Assembly: GCA_964372275.1 (NCBI GenBank)
Contig: CAYJRR010000006.1
Span: 1-64,000, forward strand
DNA: 64,000 nucleotides
Origin: an uncultured bacterium
Lineage (GTDB): Bacteria; CAYJRR01
Reading direction: 5' to 3'
This document shows positions 56,798-64,000 of the stretch, piece by piece (within the stretch, counting starts at the first letter, position 1; each line of letters opens with the position of its first letter). Position numbers and translations under genes: made by a program. The notes beneath the pieces are model-generated. The model saw nothing but the letters and a program-made list of their open reading frames with translations, was not told the DNA's origin and searched no databases.

Positions 56798-57583
56798 ATG
56801 AAACGCATTCGACTGCTTCTCGGCTTCGTCTGTTTGAGTATCTCGCCGATCGTGGCCGGTTGTGCCGCCGACGGAACCGGGAGCGACGGTGCCGAGTCGG
56901 ACGACACGGGGGATGACGACGACGTGGCCGGAGACGACGACGATTCGGCCGGCGACGACGACGACGATGACGTCGGTTCGGGCGTCGCGCTCGGACCGAT
57001 GTCGAACCTTCACCTCTGGAAGGACGGCTGCTCGTCCCAGCTCTGGGGCCGCTGGACCAGCGACGACGACTACCAGCTCGACTTCATCCAGTTGAAGGAC
57101 TCCGACGGGAACGTCGTCGCGTCCAAGACGTACTACGACCTGACGTTCAGCGCCGGCTTCGACGAGGCCTGGATGTTCTTCGACGACGCGACCTTTTCCG
57201 ACACGCAGTACAGCGTCTTCGTCGACTTCGCTTCGCAGCCGGACGCCACCGCGTCGATCACCCTCGATCCGGGTTTCTACACCGACGATTCGCGCTTCGA
57301 TCCCGGCGCGGTGTTGCAGAGCGGCCCGGACGGCGGGCTCGCGGTCTACGTCACGCCGTCGTTCAATGGCACCGTGCAGCGGGTGATGGTCTACGACGAT
57401 TCGTGGTGCCGGCAGTCGTGGAAGGTGTTCTACACCGAGCCGGCGTTGTCGAACGGCTCCAGCACGCGGCTCGACCTCGGAGGTTTCTACGAGTCGGGCA
57501 CGTCGCTGAACCTGACGATCGAAGGGGTGAACACGGGCACGAACTACACCTACTACGGGACGGCCGCGATCGTCGTACCGTGA
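56798..57583 (+). CDS. Acidic lipoprotein with (GDDDD)n linker
   Basis: Lipobox VAGC; Asp-rich repeats; aromatic-rich beta domain. Confidence 0.78.
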   Translation: MKRIRLLLGFVCLSISPIVAGCAADGTGSDGAESDDTGDDDDVAGDDDDSAGDDDDDDVGSGVALGPMSNLHLWKDGCSSQLWGRWTSDDDYQLDFIQLKDSDGNVVASKTYYDLTFSAGFDEAWMFFDDATFSDTQYSVFVDFASQPDATASITLDPGFYTDDSRFDPGAVLQSGPDGGLAVYVTPSFNGTVQRVMVYDDSWCRQSWKVFYTEPALSNGSSTRLDLGGFYESGTSLNLTIEGVNTGTNYTYYGTAAIVVP

Positions 57584-57602
57584 ACGCAGGAGCGGAGCGG
57601 GC

Positions 57603-60425
57603 TCACCAGGATTTCTGCCGCGCGAGCCAGTCCTCGATCCGGGTCTTTCGCGCGGCGCCCCGTTCGCCGGCGTGCGCGGCGTCGTCGAGCGCGCCCAAGG
57701 CCAGCGTCCGGGCCCGCGCGCGGTCGCGCCCGGACTCGACTTCGGCGCGGGCGAGCGCGAACCGGACGTCGGCCAGGTCGGTACGGTCGCTGCTCTTCCC
57801 CTCGCGAAGCAGGAGCGCGCGCTCGAGCGGTGGCAGCGCCTGCGCCGGCCGACCGAGGGCGAGCTCGCAGCGGCCGATCCCGGTGAGCGCATACGCGACC
57901 CGCGGATGGTCGGCGCCGAGGGTCTTCTCCCAGATCGCGCGCGCACGATGGAACGAATCGAGCGCGTCCTGGGGCCGTCCCAGCTCCAGCAGCGCTTCGG
58001 CCAGGTTGTTCAGCGACGATGCCGTCTGCGCGTGGTCCGGTCCGTAGGCCTTCTCCTTGATCGCCACGGCGCGGCGGTGGAGCTGGAGAGCCTCGGCGAA
58101 CCGTCCCTGTTCCTGGAGCACCGAGCCGACGTTCGTGAGCGCGCTCGCGACCAGCGCGTGCTCCGGCCCGAGCGCGGACTCGAGGATCGCCAGGGCGCGC
58201 CGATGGCACGCGAGCGACTCCTCCGCGCGCCCCATCGCCCAGTGCAGCGTTCCGAGGTTGGTGAGGGAGCGGCCGACCGCCGGGTGCTGGCCCCCGAGCA
58301 CGCGCTCGTTGATCTCGAGCGCGCGGCGGTGCGCCTCGAGCGCTTCGTCGAACCGGCCGAGGTCGTTGGCCACGATCCCGAGGTTGTTGAGCGCCTGCGC
58401 CACGCGCGGATGATCGGAACCGGCCACGGCCGTTCGCAGGTCGATGGAGCGTCGGATCCGCGGGAGCGCCTCCTCCGACTTGCCCTGATGCCAGAGAAGG
58501 ACCCCCCAGTGCTCCTCGAGAAGCGCGCGCAGCGACGGATCGCCGCCGCCCATCCGCTCCAGGATCGCGTCGGCGAGCTTCGCGTGCCGAACGCCCTCCT
58601 CCGCGCGGCCACGTCGATAGCCGGCGACCCATGCCAAGTCGGTGTGGATCTCCGCCAGCAGCTCGTCGTGGCGCCCGCGCTCGGCGGCCAGCAGGGCGTC
58701 GGAGAGCAGCCGCTCGGCGCGCTCGTACCCCCCCTGGTCGTCGGCGATGCGCGCTTCGAGGTGCGTCGACTCCGCGATCACCGGCGGCCAGCCCGCCGCG
58801 TTCGCCCTCCGCGACAGGTCCTCCGCCAGCGTCGACGCCTCTTCCGTCCGGTCGGTGGAGCGAACCGCGGCGGCGCGGGCCAGGCCTCGCCGGATCTCGT
58901 CGACCTCGAGGCGCGCCGCCGGATCCTCCGGGGGGGGCACGGGAGCGCGCAACGCGGCGAGGTCGGCGCAGCGCTCGATCGCGGGCAGGGCGTGTGCGGA
59001 GTCGACTGCCTTCTGCACCATCTTCGCGTCGGCGGCCGCGAACAGCTCGCTCAACGCGGCGAGCTGCGCGCGCCGCCGTTCGAGGCACCCCATTCGCAGG
59101 TCGAGCGCCTCCTCGGACTGCTCGCCCCGCACCCGCGTCGCCTCGCAGGCATCGCGATGCATGCGGATCCATTCGGCGGCGTAGGGATCGAGGGCGCGGG
59201 CGACGCCGTCGAACGCCGCCCCGGCGAACGACTTGCCCGTCGCGAGGAACGCCGCCCGGGTCTCCTCCTTCCGCTTCGGATCCCACACCCCTTCGAGCTT
59301 CCGTTCGGCGCCTCCACAGGTGAGGCCGGCGCTCGCGTAGTAGCGATCGACCGCGAGCGCGGAAAGGCCCGCCAACGCCAACGCCGCGGCGGCGACCCGG
59401 CGGCGGCGTCTCGACAGGTCCGGATCCCGGGCCAAGTCGGCGATCAGCGCGTCGATCGACGGGTACCGGTCGGCCGAAGACGGGGCGAGCCCTCGCGCGA
59501 CCACCGCCCGAAGCCATGCGGGAACGGCCGACTCCGCGGGCCAGGCCACGGTCGCGCCCGCCGCAGGGCCGGCGAACGGCCGAGACCCGGTGAGCGCCTC
59601 GTGGAGCGCGACGCAGAACGCGAACTGATCGCTGCGCGGATCGGGCGGCGCGCCGTCGAACTGCTCGGGGGCCATGTAGGCCGGCGTTCCGGCCAGGACG
59701 CCCGGCCGCGTCAGCGGGGTCGAGAGGCGGTCCTGCGGGGAGGTCGGCGCCGGGGCCGCGTCGTCGGACGGCTCCGCCGCCGCCCCCCTCGCCAGACCGA
59801 AATCGGTGACGCGGACCCGCCCGTCGGCGCCGACCAGGACGTTGGCCGGTTTGAAGTCGCGATGGACGAGCCCCGCGGCGTGGGCCGCGGAGAGTCCGCG
59901 AGCCGCCTGCAGGAAGACGCCTCGAACCTCGCGCCAATCGCGGGGCCGCGCGCCCAGCCACTCCTTCAGGGTCGTCCCTTCGACGAACCCCATCGCCAGG
60001 AAGACCCGATCGCCGGTCGTTCCGACGTCGTACACGGGGACGACGTTGTCGTGGGAGAGCTTCGCCAGCGCCTGCGCCTCCCGCAGGAGACGCGCGGCTC
60101 CGTCGGAGCCATCGCCCGCCAGCTCCGGATGGAGCAGCTTGAGGGCGACCTTTCGATCGAGCGCCGGATCGACGGCGGCGTACACCACCCCCATGCCGCC
60201 GGCGCCGACGCGCTCCAGGACGACGTAGCGTCCGAGCGTCGCGCCGCGGGCAAGCTCCTCCGGCTCCGTTTCCGCCGACGCCGGCGGGAGGGCCTCGGCG
60301 AGCGAGGCGACCAGGCGCCGGCAATCGGAGCAGGCGTCGAGGTGCGCCTCGATCGCCGCCATCTCGGCCGCCGGCAGTCGGCGCTCCGCGTATTCGACGA
60401 GCCGATTCTCGTCCGGATGATTCAC
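57603..60425 (-). CDS. Ser/Thr kinase with N-terminal zf-HC2 (anti-sigma-like) domain and C-terminal TPR array
   Basis: HLDACSDC; GAGGMGVV, VALK, HRDFKPAN, DFG, GTPAYMAPE; TM; 42-aa TPR repeats (GxDHP...LNNLG). Confidence 0.92.
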   Translation of the reverse strand: MNHPDENRLVEYAERRLPAAEMAAIEAHLDACSDCRRLVASLAEALPPASAETEPEELARGATLGRYVVLERVGAGGMGVVYAAVDPALDRKVALKLLHPELAGDGSDGAARLLREAQALAKLSHDNVVPVYDVGTTGDRVFLAMGFVEGTTLKEWLGARPRDWREVRGVFLQAARGLSAAHAAGLVHRDFKPANVLVGADGRVRVTDFGLARGAAAEPSDDAAPAPTSPQDRLSTPLTRPGVLAGTPAYMAPEQFDGAPPDPRSDQFAFCVALHEALTGSRPFAGPAAGATVAWPAESAVPAWLRAVVARGLAPSSADRYPSIDALIADLARDPDLSRRRRRVAAAALALAGLSALAVDRYYASAGLTCGGAERKLEGVWDPKRKEETRAAFLATGKSFAGAAFDGVARALDPYAAEWIRMHRDACEATRVRGEQSEEALDLRMGCLERRRAQLAALSELFAAADAKMVQKAVDSAHALPAIERCADLAALRAPVPPPEDPAARLEVDEIRRGLARAAAVRSTDRTEEASTLAEDLSRRANAAGWPPVIAESTHLEARIADDQGGYERAERLLSDALLAAERGRHDELLAEIHTDLAWVAGYRRGRAEEGVRHAKLADAILERMGGGDPSLRALLEEHWGVLLWHQGKSEEALPRIRRSIDLRTAVAGSDHPRVAQALNNLGIVANDLGRFDEALEAHRRALEINERVLGGQHPAVGRSLTNLGTLHWAMGRAEESLACHRRALAILESALGPEHALVASALTNVGSVLQEQGRFAEALQLHRRAVAIKEKAYGPDHAQTASSLNNLAEALLELGRPQDALDSFHRARAIWEKTLGADHPRVAYALTGIGRCELALGRPAQALPPLERALLLREGKSSDRTDLADVRFALARAEVESGRDRARARTLALGALDDAAHAGERGAARKTRIEDWLARQKSW

Positions 60426-61324
60426 CGTTCCTCGTGATCCGGACCGCTGCGGAGCAGCGCGGAGAGGGTGACGTCGATCCGGCTTTGGACCAGCCGCAAG
60501 AGACTCTCGAGCTCCGGTCCCGCGATACCGAGTCGACGAAGCAGCCGGCGTTTCGTCCCGGAAAGGATCTTCTCGCGCGCCTTCTCCAACCATCGCGCGG
60601 CCGTCGCCCGATGGACGTCGTGCAATGCGCCGATGGCGTCGATCCCCAGACCGTCGATCAGCTGGTAACGAAGAACGGTTCGCTCTCGCGGGGACAACGC
60701 CGCGAGCGACTCCTTGAACGCCTCCTGGAAGTCGACGCGGTATCGCTCCTTGATCCGTTCCATCTCCGGATCCGCGCCCATCCCGTCCGCCAACGGTCCG
60801 ACCTCCTCGATCGGACGCTCCCGCTGCTGGCGCCGGAGGAGGTCGACCGCCTCGCGGAACGCGCTGGCGCGGACCCACCCCGCCAGCGCCCCCCGCCCGC
60901 GGTACTCGGCGATGCGCGGCGGCCGGTCGCCGTCGGGGAGCAGGAGCTTGTGCCGGAGACGGGCGCGAATCTCGTCCGCGATGTCGGGGGCCACGCGAAG
61001 ACGGACCAACGCCGCATCGACCTCGTCACGATGCCGTTCCTCGAACGCTTCGACGGCGACCGCGTCACCAACGGCGCATGCGAAGGCGAGGAACAGGTCT
61101 CCGGCACGCACCGCCGCGAGCGATTCGGCGAGATCGCGGTCCCCGGGAAGAACGCGCGCGAGGTGCGCGACGAACCCTTCGGCCGACGCCGTGAGCGTCG
61201 GCCATTCGGACGTCGCCGCGGCGACGATCCGCACGAGCGTCGGTTCGAGCTCGCCGAATCCGGCCGCGCCCGTCCGGAGCGGCTCGTCCAGGGCGGCCAG
61301 GAAGGTCGGCGCGAGCGGTTGCAC
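60422..61324 (-). CDS. Myxococcales-type ECF-like sigma-70 factor
   Basis: DLFLAFAC, YRGRGALAGWVR, LGIDAIGALHDVHRATAARWL, SRIDVTLS; coupled to the kinase (GTGA). Confidence 0.85.
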   Translation of the reverse strand: MQPLAPTFLAALDEPLRTGAAGFGELEPTLVRIVAAATSEWPTLTASAEGFVAHLARVLPGDRDLAESLAAVRAGDLFLAFACAVGDAVAVEAFEERHRDEVDAALVRLRVAPDIADEIRARLRHKLLLPDGDRPPRIAEYRGRGALAGWVRASAFREAVDLLRRQQRERPIEEVGPLADGMGADPEMERIKERYRVDFQEAFKESLAALSPRERTVLRYQLIDGLGIDAIGALHDVHRATAARWLEKAREKILSGTKRRLLRRLGIAGPELESLLRLVQSRIDVTLSALLRSGPDHEER

Positions 61325-61394
61325 GGCGTCCGATCCTAGTCTCGCCCGGCCGAAGTCGTCACGGTACCGGGACGGCGCGTCCGGCGCTCCGCGG

Positions 61395-62672
61395 CTACGG
61401 CGCGGCCCGGGCGGGATCCCGGGCGCCGCTCCACTCGACGCGGCCGGTGATCTGCATCATCACGAACAGCGTCAGGATCGCGCCGACGGTGATCGAGAGT
61501 CCGGTGAACCCCTGCCAGAAGAAGGTGAACGAGAAGAGCACCAGGTAGAGCGCCTGGGCGGTTCCCATCTCGCGCAGGGCGAAGCGCCACCCGACGAAGA
61601 GACGCGCGTAGGTCACCACCAGGAAGACCGAGACGGCGGCGGCGGTGGCGAAGGCGGTGAAGAGCTCCAGGTGGTCGACGAGATAGGCGAACAGGAGGTG
61701 GAACGCGAAGAAGGCGCACCCGAGGAAGAAGAAGTGCATGGGATGGAGGCTCTTCCGTTGCACGGCCGCGAGCACGGCCACCGCGAAGAAGAAGAAGAGC
61801 AGGCCGACCGGCGCGAAGAAGGTGATGCGCGACGCGACCGGGCCGGGGTTGAGGCGCTGCGGCAGCTCGACGCCGACGGCCGCGCTGGCGATCAGACTCT
61901 TGAACTCCCACACGCCGCTCCAGCGCCCGGCGGAGGCCGCGTGGCGGGTCGGGGAGACGGTGCCGGCGGGGAAATCGATCGCCTCGGTGTCGGCCGTCAT
62001 CGCGAGCCGGAACTCCCGCACCTGGCCCGTACCGGCCGTGAGCGCGTAGTGCCAGGTGCTCGTGCCCCGCGTCCGATATCGCACCCGGTACTCCTTCCGT
62101 TCCTTCGGCGCGAAGGTCGCCTTCCACGAGGCGCCGTCGGGTGACACCGTCGTCGCGACCGAGGCGCCGTCCGGCGTGGTCACCTGGAAATCGTCGAAGC
62201 CGGCGTTGGTCGACGAGAGCGGGAACAGCAGTTCGACCGACCGCGCCTCGGCCGACGGGTTCTCGAAGGCGAAGCGGCCGCGGAAGTCGACGCCGTAGGT
62301 CGGGAACCAGAGCAGTCCCTTGCGGCGGTGCTCCAACGCGAGGTCGACCTCGACCTGGGATCCGGCGAGGGGGACCGGGATCTCGTCGACCACCTCCCGT
62401 TCGATGACCGCCTGCGCCGTCGGGGCCGGGATCGTGTTCCCTCGAGCGTCGGTCTGCAGCGGGAGAGAACGAACGACCTCTTTCGCCGTACGGGTCACCC
62501 GGTAGAATGCGCGCGGCGGATTCTGCGTCGCCGGCGCCCCCCAGAGCCGGTGCACTTCGTCGAGAAGGCGGTACGACTTCTCGCCGCTGCGCGTCACCAG
62601 CGTCGAGCCGAGCACCATCCACGCGACCAGGCAGCCGATCCAGACGAAGCCGATCGAGAGGAGTCTCATCAT
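61395..62672 (-). CDS. Inner-membrane CreD-like protein
   Basis: N-terminal TM, large periplasmic domain, six C-terminal TMs with LHPMH, FHLLFAYLVDH, LFVMMQITGRVEW. Confidence 0.75.
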   Translation of the reverse strand: MMRLLSIGFVWIGCLVAWMVLGSTLVTRSGEKSYRLLDEVHRLWGAPATQNPPRAFYRVTRTAKEVVRSLPLQTDARGNTIPAPTAQAVIEREVVDEIPVPLAGSQVEVDLALEHRRKGLLWFPTYGVDFRGRFAFENPSAEARSVELLFPLSSTNAGFDDFQVTTPDGASVATTVSPDGASWKATFAPKERKEYRVRYRTRGTSTWHYALTAGTGQVREFRLAMTADTEAIDFPAGTVSPTRHAASAGRWSGVWEFKSLIASAAVGVELPQRLNPGPVASRITFFAPVGLLFFFFAVAVLAAVQRKSLHPMHFFFLGCAFFAFHLLFAYLVDHLELFTAFATAAAVSVFLVVTYARLFVGWRFALREMGTAQALYLVLFSFTFFWQGFTGLSITVGAILTLFVMMQITGRVEWSGARDPARAAP

Positions 62673-62687
62673 GGTGCCCCCCGTCGG

Positions 62688-62703
62688 AGCAGCGATCGCG
62701 CCA
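62688..62703 (-). promoter_or_regulatory. Sigma54 promoter of the CreD-like gene
   Basis: TGGCGC-GATCG-CTGCT (GG-N10-GC); dyad GTGGC-N6-GCCAC further upstream. Confidence 0.6.
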
Positions 62704-62807
62704 ACATCGGGCCGTCGAACGCGCAGGGAAATTCCGGAAACTGTGTGGCACGCGGGCCACGCGACGTGGTCGGGTTGCCGCGGCGATCCGCGCGAGCGCC
62801 GGTGACC

Positions 62808-64000
62808 TCAGCCTCCGGCGGCGAGCGAGGCGAGCAGCGCCTCCGCGGCGCGCATGCCGTCGACCGCGGCGGAGGTGATCCCACCGGCATAGCCCGCCCC
62901 TTCGCCGACCGGATAGAGGCCGCGCACACCGACCGAATCCCCCTCCGGAGTGCGCGGGATCCGCACCGGCGCCGAGACGCGGCTCTCCACGCCCACCAGC
63001 ACCGCGTCATCGCCGGCGAAGCCCGGCATCGTCTTGTCGAACGCGCGGAGGCTCGACCGAAGGGCGCGCGTGACGAACGCCGGAAGACATCGGGAGAGGT
63101 CCCCCGGCGTCACCCCGGGGAGGTAGGTCGTCTCGAGGTCGACGTCGCTCGGCCGGCCGCGAAGGAAGTCGGAGGCGCGCTGCGCCGGGGCGCGGAAACC
63201 GCCGCCGCCGACCTCGAAGGCGAGCCGCTCGTAGTGGCGCTGGAACTCGATGCTGTCGAACGGGCCGGGCGCGCGTCCCTCCGGCGCGTAGTCCTCCGGA
63301 CGGACGCCGACCACCAGCCCGGCGTTCGCGCGGCGCCCGGGGCGGCCCGACGCGCTCATCCCGTTGGTGACGACCGTTCCCGGCTCGTGCGTCGAACCGA
63401 CGATCAGCCCGCCGGGACACATGCAGAAGGAGTAGGCGGCGCGACCGTCGTCGAGCGTGCGCGCCAGGCGGTAGGAGGCGGCGCCGATCCGTTTGTCGCC
63501 GGCCGCCGGTCCCAACTGGACGCGATCGATGAAACGCTGGTCGTGCTCGACCCGAACCCCGAGCGCGAACGGCATCGGCTCCAACCGCACGCCGGCGTCG
63601 ACGAGCGCGCGATAGGTGTCGCGCGCCGAGTGGCCGATCGCCAGGATCACGTGGCGGGTGCGGATCGTGGCGCCGTCGGCGAGCTCGATCGCGTCGACGC
63701 GTCCGTTCTCGACGCGGAAGCGGTCGACCCGCGCGTGGAACCGCACTTCGACCCCGGCGTCGGTGAGCCGTTCCCGCAGGCGGGGGATCACCGCGCGCAG
63801 CTTGTTGGTACCGACGTGCGGGTGGGCGTCGACGAGGATGCCGGGATCGGCGCCGTACTCGACGAACGCCTCCCAGACGGCGCGGATCCGAGGATCGCGC
63901 GTCCGCGTGTAGAGCTTGCCGTCGGAGAAGGTCCCGGCCCCGCCCTCGCCGAAGAGCGGATTGCTCTCCGGATCGAGCGCCCCCTCGCGCCAGAACCTCG
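62808..64000 (-). CDS. Uncharacterised FAD-dependent oxidoreductase (COG2509-like); 5' end off the window
   Basis: FGEGGAGTFSDGKL, PHVGT, GHSARD, SFCMCPGG, GEGAGYAGGITSAAVDG. Confidence 0.9.
   Translation of the reverse strand, partial: RFWREGALDPESNPLFGEGGAGTFSDGKLYTRTRDPRIRAVWEAFVEYGADPGILVDAHPHVGTNKLRAVIPRLRERLTDAGVEVRFHARVDRFRVENGRVDAIELADGATIRTRHVILAIGHSARDTYRALVDAGVRLEPMPFALGVRVEHDQRFIDRVQLGPAAGDKRIGAASYRLARTLDDGRAAYSFCMCPGGLIVGSTHEPGTVVTNGMSASGRPGRRANAGLVVGVRPEDYAPEGRAPGPFDSIEFQRHYERLAFEVGGGGFRAPAQRASDFLRGRPSDVDLETTYLPGVTPGDLSRCLPAFVTRALRSSLRAFDKTMPGFAGDDAVLVGVESRVSAPVRIPRTPEGDSVGVRGLYPVGEGAGYAGGITSAAVDGMRAAEALLASLAAGG

Noticed and set aside
62705-62735. Third GGAATT ECF box upstream of the CreD-like gene (minus strand)
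   Set aside because: No GTC at 17-nt spacing; a sigma54 box explains the promoter better

Overview
This is a very GC-rich bacterial scaffold with two 10-N assembly gaps. Gene content points to a Myxococcota/deltaproteobacterial-type organism (DUF4388 protein, HRDISPQN Ser/Thr kinase, FHA-sigma54 activator, myxobacterial sigma-kinase pair); that assignment is inference. It carries about 48 protein genes and no recognisable rRNA, tRNA, CRISPR array or transposase. Housekeeping genes include phoH, holA, rpsT, PBP1A, infA, etfAB with an acyl-CoA dehydrogenase, and many signalling genes. Highlights: (1) a three-gene candidate trans-envelope electron conduit (10436-16527) made of a cNMP-like/4x[4Fe-4S]/di-heme-b-type membrane fusion protein, a 27-heme cytochrome of nine triheme repeats, and a translationally coupled outer-membrane beta-barrel. 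(2) A TonB receptor, periplasmic binding protein, histidine kinase and sigma54 regulator operon, with a consensus sigma54 target promoter and a shared 13-bp box. (3) A selenocysteine peroxiredoxin (in-frame UGA plus SECIS-like hairpin) that the ORF track splits. (4) A secreted protein-arginine deiminase of the vertebrate PAD type. (5) A transaldolase paralogue lacking its phosphate-binding residues. (6) A 182-bp MITE with perfect 26-bp terminal inverted repeats. (7) A shared ECF promoter motif and several sigma54 promoters. Many start codons were reassigned by eye from the over-extended ORFs of the track. All family assignments come from motif recognition, not database searches.
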